Source: Octopus vulgaris
Lineage: Eukaryota
Reading direction: 5' to 3'
DNA length: 64,000 nt
NCBI GenBank assembly: GCA_951406725.2
Contig: OX597830.1
Location: 63,240,001 to 63,304,000, forward strand
How positions within the stretch are numbered: the stretch's first letter is position 1; each line of letters begins with the position of its first letter. Position numbers and translations under genes: made by a program. Positions 1 through 12,646 of the stretch are shown one piece after another. Under the pieces are notes generated by a model. That model made no database searches. It saw only the letters and a list, made by a program, of their open reading frames with translations, and was not told the DNA's origin.

Positions 1-297
1 CCCATGTCATTGTAACCAATGGAGTGTCAGTAAGTAAATCTTCCCAGGTCTGTCCCTTAGTTTTATGGATCTGTCTATTGTACCATTCCACATCATCATC
101 ATCGTTTAACGTCCGTTTTCCCTGCTAGCATGGGTTGGGTGGTTGGCTGGTTGGCTGGTTGGATGTTTTGATATTGCAAATAAATGCATCATTTATATCA
201 AAGACTTCCAGAAATCATAATCTCACTTTATTTTTTCTATTATATCCACATTTCCATGTGTACTGGAATAGCCATCACAATGTGGCCCACATGTCCA

Positions 298-943
298 TTA
301 ACCCATTAGCATTTAAACCAACCATACCTGGCCAAAATAATCTACCTGTTTTATCTTCAAACTGGCCAAATTCAGCCTGCGATGTCACTGGTACCAAGCT
401 GTATGGGTTTTTACCTTTCCCTTGGGTAACATCAGTGGTGTGGAGAGAGGAGGCTGGTATGCATGGGTGGCTGCTGGTCTTCCATAAACAACTTTGCCTA
501 GACTTGTGCCTCAGAGGGGAACTTTCTAGGTGCAATTCCATGGCCATTCATGACCAAGGGGTGCTTTACTCTGTGTAGTGAAGGCACATGGCTCAATAGT
601 TAGAGTGTTGAGCTCACAATCATGAGGTTGTGAGATCAATTCCTGGACTGGGCTGAGCGTTGTGTTCTTGAGCAAGGCACTTTATTTCACTTTGCACCAC
701 TTACTTCACTAAGCAGTAGAAATGAGTTGCGATGTCACTGGTGCCAAGCTGTATTGACTCTGCCTTTCCCTCGGATAACATCAGTGGAGTGGAGTGGGTA
801 GGCTGGTATGCATGGACAATTGCTGGTCTTCTATAAACAACCTTGTGCCTTGTTGCAATCCCATGGTCATTCATAACTGAAGGGGGTCTTTACCCTTTAC
901 CCTTTTCACATTTTACAGAAAAATCTGAATGCTTAAGGGTTAA
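298..943. mobile_element. TTAA-flanked (piggyBac-like) MITE carrying nested SINE D sequences
   Basis: ttaacccattagcatt...aatgcttaagggttaa inverted termini; related elements at about 28039-28260, 34220-34400 and 49812-49996. Confidence 0.65.
579..905 (+). mobile_element. tRNA-derived SINE family D
   Basis: gtgaaggcacatggctc...ttgtgttcttgagcaaggcactttatttcac; related heads at 15403, 26630, 26950 and 35088. Confidence 0.75.
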
Positions 944-1469
944 AGTTTCCTACCTGTGATTACAAGGTCACTGCCAATTTGTCATTGAGGTCGTCATAAG
1001 TAGAACCCCATAGAAGCAGACCTTTCACTCATCTGTTAGTCTCACCAGGGGTCCTTATGCAGAGATCACAGCAGTTGCTATGCTTACTTATATTGCTACA
1101 TCCTTTGATTACATCTTTTAATTATCAGCCCATTTTCTGCTCCCAATAATTCTATTCCATCCAGGCCAGTGCTGCTGAGAATTCAAAAGCATTTGTACTT
1201 CTGTTCCTCACCAATGGATAATCTGATCGAAGATCCTCCCTCCCTCTCTCTCTCTCTCTCTCTCACTTTACTTTCTGTACAGAGTATGCACTGGCTTGCC
1301 TCTGTTCCAGCCTTACCTTTTATCATGCCAATGTTGATGGCTGAAATCCTGAAGTTTTATACCTGATGGGATGAGAAGAGCTTCTGATGGCATGCGAGTG
1401 TTTTGCAACTGGAACAAAGAAGTTTGTGCAATCATTTTGTATGTGTGCGTGCGCATGTGTGTGTTTATA

Positions 1470-1572
1470 TATAGATGTTTTTGATCTAGTTTGAATTCTT
1501 CGCAATCAAATTTGATTGCAAAGAATTCAAATTTGATGGCAAAGAATCCAAACTAGGTCGAAAATATCTATA
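1470..1572. repeat. Imperfect inverted repeat with internal 21-bp duplication
   Basis: atagatgtttttgatctagtttgaattctt pairs with aagaatccaaactaggtcgaaaatatctat; tttgattgcaaagaattcaaa is tandemly repeated. Confidence 0.75.
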
Positions 1573-1729
1573 ATATCATCTGGGTAATAACCTTACAACA
1601 TGATTTTAAAGCTCTTCTACAGTTATCGGCTATCATGTGCAGTCACACAGCAAGGATAATCCTTTTACTAGATATACATGTGGAAATCTGTTACTGTATG
1701 CAGAATCCATAGAAAAAAAAATTATAGTA

Positions 1730-2105
1730 GGCGTAGGAGTGGCTGTGTGGTAAGTAGCTTGCTTACGAACCACATGGTTCCGGGTTCAGTCCCATGCATG
1801 GCACCTTGGGCAAGTGCCTTCTACTATAACCTTAGGCCAACCAAAGCCTTGTGAGTGGATTTGGTAGACGGAAACTGAAAGAAGCCTGTTGTATATATAT
1901 ATGTATGTGTGTGTTTGTCCCCCTAGCATTGCTTGACAACTGATGCTGGTGTGTTTATGTCCCCCATAACTTAGTGGTTCAGCAAAACAGACCGATAGAA
2001 TAAGTGCTAGGCTTACAAAGAATAAGTCCTGGGATCGATTTGCTCGACTAAAGGCGGTGCTCCAGCATGGCCACAGTCACATGACTGAAACAAGTAAAAG
2101 AGTAA
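1730..2105 (+). mobile_element. tRNA-derived SINE family A, full length
   Basis: A/B-box-like head (tggctgtgtgg...ggttcagtccc), core caccttgggcaagtg, internal (TA/TG)n, tail gactgaaacaagtaaaagag; many copies in the window. Confidence 0.85.
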
Positions 2106-2924
2106 TACAAGAAGATTATAATACAATAAATTATGATGCCAGAAGTTCATTCCTTCCATCATCTTGTATTATAATTTTATACATACATACATACACATAT
2201 ATACATATATGTGTAAGTAAATATGTTTGTATGATTGATTGCTTTGCATTCATGAACCCCCTAAGAAAATGAATACTCACAAAGCTGAATCTATTATTAT
2301 TATTATTGTTATTATTTGCCATATCATATGGAAGTTAGTATAACACGTATTCTGAGAAATACCAGTCAAGTCTCCCTCAAACCACACCCTATTGTCAGAC
2401 AAGAAAGAGGTAGAGAAACAGTAAGTTGAAATGCAGTAAACGTAGCAGTCTGTCTGTCTGTCTGTCTGTCTCTCTGCTTGTATGTCTACCTGTCTGTCTG
2501 TCTGCCTGCTTCTCCCTCCTCCTCTCCCTGGAATGCTGTCAGTTATGCACAGCAGAGGAGACAGTGATGTTGCACAGTATCAAAGCTGCAAATACCTAGC
2601 TGAATGCACACTTGGAATTTTTTGGTAGATGCTGTCACTCACAAAAGTATTTATTAAAATTTTGGCAGCTTATCAGCATCATCATCACCACCACCAAACT
2701 AGATATAAGAAACAAATTAATCTTTTAGCATTTAAACTGGCCATATCCAGCAAAAATATTCTGTTTTATATTCAAACTGGGCAGATCCAATATTTCAAAG
2801 CAACTCTACAATATAATATATATAACACTACTAAATTAATAAATACAGTTCTATATTTTAGAGATGAGGAATTATGTACTTTATTTACAATTGACAAATA
2901 TTTGTCCTCATTTTGTTCGTTATT

Positions 2925-2972
2925 AACACAACGTTTCGGCTGATATATCCTCCAGCCTTCATCAGGTGTTTT
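2925..2972 (-). ncRNA. Minimal type I hammerhead ribozyme motif (Penelope-like element type)
   Basis: Minus strand AACAC-CTGATGA-a-GGCTG(gaggatatat)CAGCC-GAAAC-GTT-GTGTT: stem I AACAC/GTGTT, 5-bp stem II, palindromic AACGTT stem III, GUU cleavage triplet. Confidence 0.7.
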
Positions 2973-3020
2973 GGAGAAATTTCGATCCTGGGTTCTCATT
3001 CCTAAGGTATTTTTTTATGC

Positions 3021-3067
<47 letters not shown>

Positions 3068-4039
3068 TCACAGCCTGGAATTGAACTCAGAATCTTGGGG
3101 TTAGTAGCTTGCGCTCTTAACCACTACGCCATATGCCTGTGGGCATGTAAATAATGTATAGAAATAAATAATCACATCAATGACAAGTGACTTAGTGACC
3201 GAGACTGTTGACAATATGCTGTGCTTGAGAAGACCTGTGAAGCCAACGGAAATGATAGTCATGGCTGATGCCAGCTTCAGGTGACTGGCACCCATGCCAC
3301 TGGCACATAAAGGGCTCCTTTCAAGCGTTGGACTTCATGGAGATAGTGACAAATGACCAAGACCCTGGTTGATATGCTGTACGTGAGAAGAAGACCCATC
3401 AAGCCAGGTGAAATCATAGTTGTGGCAGAAACTGGGGTCATGCAACTGGCATCCATGCTGGTGACATGTAAAAGCACCTATTTCACTCTCAGGGTGGTTT
3501 GACGTTAGGAAGGGCGTCCAGCCATAGAAACTAAACCAAAGGCAGCAAGCTGGCAGAAACTTTAGCACACCGGGCGAAATGCTTAGCAGTATTTCGTCTG
3601 CCGTTACGTTCTGTGTTCAAATTTCTCTGAGGTCGACTTTGCCTTTCATCCTTTCGGGTTCGATAAATTAAGTACCAGTTACGCACTGGGGGGGTCGATG
3701 TAATCAACTTAATCCCTTTGTCTGTCCTGCACCTATGATTGCTTAGGTTTAAAATGATATTGTCGGGTAGATGTAAGAGGTCTGATCTGGTTGGTTTGAA
3801 AATAAAAGAGGTAGAATATTTTGGCTGGATGTGGCTGGCTTAAATGGTAAAGGCTTACATGTGAAAAATTCCCTTTCTGTTTGGACAGACTTTGAATTGC
3901 ATTGAAGTAAACAGAAATGCTTCATCATCAGTATACTTTAGTACAAAATATAATTTCTACACACACAAAATACATACATATATAATGTATGTATGTATTT
4001 ATATATCATTATTATTTTATGATGTTGCCATCCTCACCT

Positions 4040-4355
4040 AGCCCCCATGCCGGTCGCACGTAAAAAGCACCATCCGATCGGGGTCATTGCCAGCCTCACC
4101 TGGCTCCCGTGCTGGTGGCACGTAAAAAGCACCATCTGACCGTGGCCGTTGCCAGCCCCGTCTGGCACCTGTGCCGGTGGCATGTAAAAAGCACCCACTA
4201 CACTCACGGAGTGGTTGGCATTAGGAAGGGCATCCAGTCGTAGAAACATTGCCAGATCAGACTGGGCCTGGTGCAGCCTTCTGGCTTCCCAGACCCCAGT
4301 TGAACCATCCAACCCATGCTAGCATGGAAAGCGGACGCTAAATGATGATGATGAT
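4040..4355 (+). mobile_element. Retroposon family B with (GAT)n tail and internal ~50-bp tandem units
   Basis: ggagtggttggcattaggaagggcatccag...ccaacccatgctagcatggaa...gatgatgat. Other copies near 90-140(-), 5030-5307, 24325-24555, 25880-26107, 40094-40413, 41770-41935, 42700-42960, 50560-50860, 52750-52910, 62600-62700(-). Confidence 0.85.
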
Positions 4356-4375
4356 ATATATATATATACATACAT

Positions 4376-4412
<37 letters not shown>

Positions 4413-5330
4413 ACACATATTTACATACACACACACACACACACATACATATATATTTATAAAATAATGATGACATATATATGCTGAAGATATGGACAGT
4501 TCAGCAAAGTCCACTTCACTTCACTTCAAGGCATTATCATGACTTGAACTCAGCTCTACAAGCCAACAAAACATTAGTGAATTATAGAGTGTCCCCACTG
4601 CTTACAATGATGAGCGTTACCTAACTGTATTTCCCATTTACAGTTATGTGCAATGAAGCAGAGACAGTTAAATGTCTAAGCCGTGGTGTAATGAGTGTGG
4701 TGGCTAAAGTACTGTCGATCCTTTGGTTGACTGGTCAACGTGCTTTTTGACTATCAACCACACTTCTATACACACACATGAAAGAGTGAGCAAACAAACG
4801 AAAAACAAGTAGCCCTCAACACATTTAGCTGGAGTTATATATACTTAATAACAGTTTGACTCAGCATCACATTAAAGTTTCATGTTGCGTAGAACAAGTC
4901 CACATCATCAGATATTTTGAGTTAGGGTCATGCATAATTAACGACCATTTTATTCTATTTTGGTGTTTTATTTTTGGATAAATTTAGAATACGAAAAACA
5001 ATCGTTAATTATGCACCCACCCAATATACACAGCGCCGCCTCGACTGGCCTCCGTGCCGGTGGCACGTAAAATACACCAATCCGACCGTGGCCGTTGCCA
5101 GCCTCGCCTGGCACCTGTGCAGGTGGCACGCAAAAAGCACCCACTACACTCATGGAGTGGTTGGCGTTAGGAAGGGCATCCAGCTGTAGAAACATTGCCA
5201 GATAAGACTGGAGTCTGGTGCAGCCTTCTGGCTTCCCAGATCCCCGGTCGAACCGTCCAACCCATGCTAGCATGGAGAACGGACGTTAAACGATGATGAT
5301 GATGATACACACATATATATCTATATATCG

Positions 5331-5731
5331 GGGATGCACTGCCAGGGTAGGTAAGGTAGGCAGTGCCTACCCTGAATAAAATAGATTGATAGTGACATTT
5401 TCCTTTTATGGCAAAATATGCACCTAATTCAATAAAACTGTAAAGATTACTCTGATTACTATGCATAAAACGCAAAATATTTTATTTTTTTGTAGATTAG
5501 GCAGGCATAATTCGCCCCTGCCTGTCAATCTCAGTATTAAGGCTGCGCATAGAACTACTGTAGTACACAAGCTGCGTACATTCCTACAACAATGTTTTCT
5601 TTATGCACTATAAAGGTAGAAGTAAATCTGCCTTCAACTCAGTCACATGCCTATATTTTGCTTATTTTTTGTTTTACTACATAAAGGTCACCAACTGTCT
5701 ACCCTGGGTAATTACTGATGGCACATGCCTG
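5331..5731. mobile_element. MITE-like element with cagggtagg/ctaccctg subterminal motifs
   Basis: Hairpin-like cagggtagg...cctaccctg at the left end, ctaccctg motif again near the right end. Confidence 0.45.
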
Positions 5732-5793
5732 GTGTGTATATATATATGGTGACATGAACTGGAAAATAGAACTCAAAATATGAGTATATTACA

Positions 5794-6040
5794 CTTTACT
5801 CTTTTACTTGTTTCAGTCATTTTGACTGTGGCCATGCTGGAGCACCGCCTTTAGTCGAGCAAATCGACCCCGGGACTTATTCTTTGTAAGCCCAGTACTT
5901 ATTCTATCGGTCTCTTTTGCTGAACTGCTAAGTGACGGGGACGTAAACACACCAGCATCGGTTGTCAAGTAATGCTAGAGGGACAAACACAGACACACAA
6001 ACATATACATACACACACACACATATATATATACACACAC

Positions 6041-6093
<53 letters not shown>

Positions 6094-6259
6094 TACGACA
6101 GGCTTCTTTCAGTTTCCGTCTACCAAATCCACTCACAAGGCTTTGGTCTGCCCGAGGCTATAGCAGAAGACACTTGCCCAAGGTGCCACGCAGTGGGACT
6201 GAACCCGGAACCATGTGGTTGGTTAGCAAGCTACTTACCACACAGCCACTCCTGCGCCT
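5794..6259 (-). mobile_element. SINE family A, full length
   Basis: Reverse complement of 1730-2105 with an expanded internal microsatellite. Confidence 0.85.
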
Positions 6260-7046
6260 GTAAATAAATATGTAAATTTTTATTAATATTTAGCTGCAGC
6301 AACAGAGTGACTCAAGGACCAAGGGTTTCATGCATTGGCACTTCTGCTAAATATTAATATATGTAAGATTATTGAGGTTAATTATAACAAGAAATAATAT
6401 TGAGGAGTTAAGACATTAAAAAAAATAGTTGGTTTTAGTCCACCATTATGTAGACTTAATGCAGCCATCTGCAGTTGTTGAATACCACACCACAAAGACA
6501 ACTACTACCGTTTAGGGTGGAAATCACCCCCCTCCATCCAACTACAAAGAGCATGCATTGCCTACATTTGACATCGGTTTAGTTTCCCCACATGCAGGCT
6601 CTTTCATGTTTGATGTAGGCAAGAATGTCTCTCCTTACCAGAAGTTGTTAACTTTCTGATTTGGAACTCTACAAGAGTGGATGGCCTAATGGTTTGAAAC
6701 TAACAGCAGACTTAAAGCTCTGAATCCTTTATATATAATTCAAGTAATTTTTGTCAATAAATCTGTAATAATGTATCTAGATAATAGAATTGTTCTCATG
6801 TGAACCCTTCAATGATACAGTAATTCTGTACAAGTGAAAACACATAACAACATTAGAGACAAGATATTTGCTCCAGCAGGTTGTTATTTTGTTTTTATCT
6901 ACAGGATAATACTTCCAAACTGAAATATATATATATAAATAAGATAGTGGTACAATAATGCACCAATATTTACTGGAAATAGCAGTCGATAATATACAAT
7001 GCTAGAGTAAAGCTTCACTGTGTATATATATATATATATATATATA

Positions 7047-7358
7047 CCGGAGTAAACACATAAATATGAAACAAGGTGGAAAAAGAGTACTCAAATACCA
7101 GTGGTAGAGTAATATGCTTTATTTAAAGCAGCAGAAAATTCAACAAAACCTGTTACTCTGAGTTGCCGTTCATCGGACAGTTTTTGCTAGAATGGAACCG
7201 AGGAACTGATATGTCAATTCTATCCAGACTATTCATGTTTGATGTAGTTTGGATAGAATTGACATATCGGTTCCATTCTAGCAAAAACTGTCCGATGAAC
7301 GGCAACGGGAAACTCAGAGTAACAGGTTTTGTTGAATTTTCTGCTGCTTTAAATAAAG
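7047..7358. mobile_element. Palindromic Penelope-like terminal fragment inserted in (TA)n
   Basis: Inverted arms about 7117-7226 and 7250-7358, near-identical apart from small indels; flanked by TA tracts; carries a hammerhead motif. Confidence 0.65.
7283..7330 (+). ncRNA. Minimal hammerhead ribozyme motif in the right arm of a palindrome
   Basis: AAAACTGT-CCGATGA-ACG(GCAA)CGG-GAAACTCAGAGTA-ACAGGTTTT: stem I CTGT/ACAG, ACTC-A-GAGT stem III, GUA triplet; core variant CCGAUGA and one stem II mismatch. Confidence 0.6.
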
Positions 7359-8099
7359 TATATATATATATATATATATATACTGACAAAAATGTTGTAC
7401 CACTATGCTATTTATACTTTAACCTGATGGTGCTTTGTTTTACTGGGAAGCAATACTACAGTATTGCACTATTTAATAATTTTTTCTCAGATGTTTACAT
7501 ATATATTTTCAGCTGGTTGCACCATGTCACCATGTGTGAGTGTGTGTATGTAAGATTAAAATGTCCAATGGAGAAAGAACCTCAAGATGGCCCATGGTTT
7601 GAGTCTTGTGGGTAGCTTCCAACCTTTTTTTCTACACAAGTGTTTTTTTAATCCATTACAAGTTATAATTAATAGGTATATTTACCTTGAGACACACTCT
7701 TAAATGATCTCTCTCTCTCTCTCTATATATATATATCATGTTAGAACATGATATATATCAGGATGTGTATCAGACACGCTAATAATTACATCTACATAAC
7801 TATGTGGTCAGTAGTCCAGGAGCAACAGCACTTTATTAAAGCAGCCACTGTGTCATGTCCCTGGACAAAGGATATGACTATATTTCTGTCACTGGGGGGT
7901 GTGTGTGTGTGATTGTAGGAAAGGTATTCACTCATCAGCATAATTGCTTTAACAATACAGAAACAAGCAAATTGCAAAAAAAAAAAAAAAAAAAAAGAGA
8001 GAGAGAGAGAGAGAAAAAGAAAATACTGAAAAGGAAACGAAAGATGAAACCATACATCGGTGTATAGACAAGACCATCAGATGTTATACACTGCTGGTC

Positions 8100-8630
8100 A
8101 CAATGTGATTCCTATTCTTTCTTGATTGTGATTTCCTTTTTCATCTTGGCCCAAATTGTTTAACCCTTTTGTTACCATATTTTGGTTGAGATATTCTGTG
8201 TTTCTTTCAATTAATTTTAAATATAACAAAGAATTTAGTACAATAACTTAGTTATCATTCAGCTATCATTAGGAACATAAATTGTGACTAAAGTTTGGTG
8301 GAAGATCTTAATTCAGAACTTCTGCAAACAAGACATTTGTACTGGAGAGCCAGAGGTGGTTTCAGACGGGTTGGAATCAAAAGAGTTAAATTATCTTGCC
8401 ATCATTGAAGAGGCTTTTTGAGTGGCCTTTTCTGATCTCTCAGATACAACTTGGTAGCTGCATGTCTGGCCCATCTGTTGGTTGTGAACCTTGCGACCCA
8501 ATGTAACTGGCCCAATGTAACTTGTGGTTTCGGTATTCTGCGATTACGCCGTCCACTCTGCACCATTCTCAAACTACTTCATTTTTGAACATGCTCTTGT
8601 AATAACATTCCATGGCCCTTTGCATCACAG
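8100..8630 (-). mobile_element. RTE-like LINE 3' fragment interrupted by a TTAA MITE
   Basis: Minus-strand remnants RAME...KLHWA...TTNRWARY...RDQKRP; MITE inserted at 8160-8388. Confidence 0.6.
8160..8388. mobile_element. TTAA-flanked MITE, second family
   Basis: ttaacccttttgttacca...tggaatcaaaagagttaa; relatives at 39146-39300, 50147-50374 and about 62320-62490. Confidence 0.7.
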
Positions 8631-9222
8631 CCAATTAAAACACATAACCTATTAAAAAAGGAATTAATGTTAACCATAAGTCCACTCCTAGAAAAATAAA
8701 TAAAACAAAAAAAAAAGGAAACTTTCGGATGTTTCCCTTATCTGTTAAGGTTCAAAATGGCTGTTAATAAAGATCGAATTTAGATATCCTGGTTCAATTC
8801 TCAAGTTGTCTCGACCGATCCCATGGATGTTGTTTTTTATGGCATCAACTCCATATATTCTGTATGAAGAACAAAAAAATACAAAATGGTTTTAGCGAAA
8901 TTTTTATTCTTTTTAATATATTTCAATCTATTTAACCATATCCAAGGGGGTATTTTTAAAGAATGACAAAAGGATCTTTTATTTAAAAAAAAAAAGTTTT
9001 TTCTTCTTTTTCTCTTTTTTTTTTTTTCCAAGTTTTAATTATTATTTTTTTTGTCCTTTTTAAATAAATCCAGTACGCTGCGTCTGTATTTTTTTGGGAA
9101 ATAACTGCTAACAATTGAAAAAAAAAAAAATAAATAAACAATTCAGTCACCATTGAAACAAAGCATCCAAAAAAATTTGCTTTGCTTTGGTTACTGACGG
9201 TGAGAGAGAGATAGATAGATAG

Positions 9223-9258
<36 letters not shown>

Positions 9259-9890
9259 CGAGCGAGAGAGTGAAAGAGACAGATAGAAACGAAAATATAC
9301 ATATATACATACACATACATACATATATATATACATACATATATTTATAACATATATGTATACATATATATATACACATATACAAATATATACATATATG
9401 TTGAGATATATGTCCAATTGAATTAATACTGGTAAAGATTGGAGTATAAGTGTAAGTAGCATTTCTATAGAGACTGGACTTGCAAGGAGATTTTTTTAGA
9501 AAAAAAAATGTACAGCTTTTCGAACCTAAAGAATTCAGTTTTTTGTTGTATTTTTTTTTTTGTCTAATTTCAACAAAGTGATGAATCAAAATTGTTATGG
9601 GAAGTTCTACATATATCGACCTACATTGAGTTGCCCACCTTCAACAGAGTTTACTTCAATTGTTTTAATGGCTACGTAAATCTACAGGTCACCATTTCTC
9701 AACACCATGCATCACTAACCAAGTCAGAAACTGTAGCGAAATTTTGTATTCCCCAGACATGAAATGGCGAAGAGGGAGAAGAAGAAAAGAAAAAAAAAAA
9801 AAAACTAAGAAGGAAGGATGAAAAAGAACCCATAAAAGGACAAAAAACAATGGAATCTAAATGAAAATCATGTATATATAAATGTGTGTG

Positions 9891-9922
<32 letters not shown>

Positions 9923-9974
9923 AATACACAAACATGTACTTGGCTTGTGTTTGTGTATCAAGTTATTTAAAAAT

Positions 9975-10006
<32 letters not shown>

Positions 10007-10264
10007 GATTATATATATATATATAACATACATATGTTTGCTTATGTATGTGTATATATATATATGCATGTATACATATGGAAGAAGGTAAAAAAGAGAA
10101 AATAGAAACCTTCTGGCAATGTGGTAAGTTTTATAAAGGTTTCAGAATGGTTTTATAAACTTTTTGCATTGTCAGAAACTTTCTGTTTTCTCTCTCTCTT
10201 TTTTTTTTTTTTGCCTTCTTCAATATTACAATGCTTCAAGCAAACTACAATGCTCTTATGTATG

Positions 10265-10320
<56 letters not shown>

Positions 10321-11167
10321 ATGCTTCAATGTTTGCAAAATCAGAAAGAACGAGAATGGGATAAAGGGGGGGAAGAAGGATTTGGTAGGTTCCCACCGAT
10401 GCAGAAAAGGACTATCCACGGTAGCAACTAATTAAATAAATGAAATAAATAGTAAAAATTCGTTTGTTTGTTTGATTGGTCTTCTCTTTCGTTCTTTCTT
10501 TCCAGCAATAAAAAAATTTGGGGTGAGGATGTTAGGATGAAGTTTGTGGCAGGATGGGGTTTTTTTTTTAAGGGTTAGGAATTAGTGAGAGAAAAGGAAA
10601 AAATAAAAAAAAAATAACATCAATGCACAGAAGAGTTGTTGAGTGTTTTTGTTGTTTGCAGTGACTTTTTTGTTTGTCCCCTTAAGGTTTAAAACTTGTA
10701 AAAGAAAAAAAAATTGTTAAATTAAGACGACAGGAAATATTGTGCACAAAATTTGAAGTTTTTCTTTTGCATACATACACACACATAGAAATTGCACATA
10801 CATATGTATTATGGCTGTGTGAGTGTATGTGTGTATATATATATATAAACAAACATATTGTGTCTGTGGATGGATATATATATATATATACACACACACA
10901 TACACACACAAATAGATATTGTGTATGCATATATGTAGATATATACAAATGGTATATATACATACTCTTATTTGTTTCAGTCATTTGACTGCGGTCATGC
11001 TGGAGTACTGCCTTTAGTCGAACAAATCGACCCCAGGACATTATTCTTTGTAAGCCTAGTACTTATTCTATCAGTCTGTTTTGCCAAACTGCTAAGTTAA
11101 GGGGACTTAAAACACAAATTGCATATATGTAAATATATAGAAATGGTATACATATATATATTATATT

Positions 11168-11213
<46 letters not shown>

Positions 11214-11715
11214 TATATGATAATGATACATATTACACAAACACACACATCCATACGCAAACATAAAAACATACATACACACACACACACCTATTTCATT
11301 ATTATGCACAGAATTTACAAATATCAGTTAATAATAATAATAATAATAATCCAAGCTGAAGTTAGATTGACAAGGAATATCTGCTGTTGTGTTTGAAAAA
11401 CAGCTGGCAATAATCAGCTACAGTGCTGTTGATACCACTAAAATTATTGTGAAGCTTAAACGCAAACTACACCTAGAAATGCATCAGTTAACAATGAAAC
11501 GTATATCATAAGAGAAGAAAAGTTTCGTCCTGTTTTTTTTCTTTCTTTCTTTTGCTTAAAAATTTACTCTTTTTTGCTTTTCTTTTCTTTGAGGAAGTTC
11601 CTTGTAAGGCACTATTAGCAACCGAAAATTGTCTTTTTTTAATTATTTAAAAATTTTTTCGTTTTAGCTAACATGAAGTTTCAATAAGCGAGCACTACTT
11701 GATTTGAATTCTGAC

Positions 11716-11746
<31 letters not shown>

Positions 11747-11749
11747 TAA

Positions 11750-12386
11750 TGGTTTCAAATTTTAGCACAAGGCCAGTAATTTTAGTGGGTGGGGATCAGT
11801 CAATTACATCAACACCAGTACTTGACTGGTACATGACAGAATTTGAAATCAGAACGCAAGGGGCGAGAAGAAATGCAGATAAGTATTTTGTTCTACATGC
11901 TAACAATTCTGCTGGCATGCTGCCTTAATAATAACCCTTTCTACAATAGGCACAAGGCCTGGAATTCTGGGGGAAGAAGGTTAGTCAATTACATTGACTC
12001 CCAGTGCGTGACTGGTACTTATTTTATCGACCTCTGAGAAGATGAAAGGCAAAGTCGACCTTGGTAAGAATCTGAACTCAGAACTGAGAGAAATGTCACT
12101 AAACATTTCATCCAACATGCTAATAATTCTGCCAGCTCACTGCCTTCAATAATAATAATAATAATAATAATAATCCTTTCTATTATAGGCACATGGCTTG
12201 TATTTTGTGAGGAGGGGGACAATTGACCACATTGACTCCAGTACTCAACTGGTACTTAATTTATCGACCCAGAAAGGATGAAAAGCAATGTCGACCTCGG
12301 TGGAATTTGAACTCAGAACATAACAGCAGACGAGACACTGCTAAGCATTTCGTCCAACATGTTAATGAATCTGCCAACTCACTGCC

Positions 12387-12419
<33 letters not shown>

Positions 12420-12646
12420 GTAATGATAATAATCCTTTCTACTATAGGCACATGGCCTGGATTTTGTGTGGAGGGGGAAATCGATCACATCGACCCAGTA
12501 CTCAACTGGTACTTAATTTATCGACCCTGAAAGGATGAAAGGCAAAGTTGACCTCAGCGGAATTTGAACTCAGAATGTAGCAACGGGCGAAATACTATTA
12601 AGTATTTCGCCCGGTGTGCTAACGATTCTGCCAGCTCACCATCTTA
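11750..12646 (-). mobile_element. Head-to-tail array of about four family C SINEs separated by (AAT)n
   Basis: Repeated cctttctactataggcaca...gaaaggcaaagtcgacctc...ctgccagctcac units. Confidence 0.85.

Noticed and set aside
135-578. 147-aa plus-strand ORF
   Set aside because: It spans a MITE end and a SINE fragment; chance open frame.
1730-1810. tRNA-like sequences at SINE heads (also 579, 15403, 35088, 60290)
   Set aside because: No complete cloverleaf, and each continues into a SINE body.
4040-4200. CRISPR-like recurrence of gtggcacgtaaaaagcacc with intervening sequence
   Set aside because: Intervening segments are homologous to each other, the units lie inside a eukaryotic retroposon, and there are no cas genes.
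4600-4720. C-box-like ATGATGA suggesting a C/D snoRNA
   Set aside because: No suitably placed CTGA D box or terminal stem.
4034-5475. Recurrent ORFs such as MLAWVG...FLQLDALPNANHS, also at 25853, 42688 and 46835
   Set aside because: Antisense readings of retroposon family B; the similarity reflects repeat copies, not a protein family.
7153-7615. Overlapping antisense ORFs sharing PFIGQFLLEWNR
   Set aside because: A by-product of the DNA palindrome.
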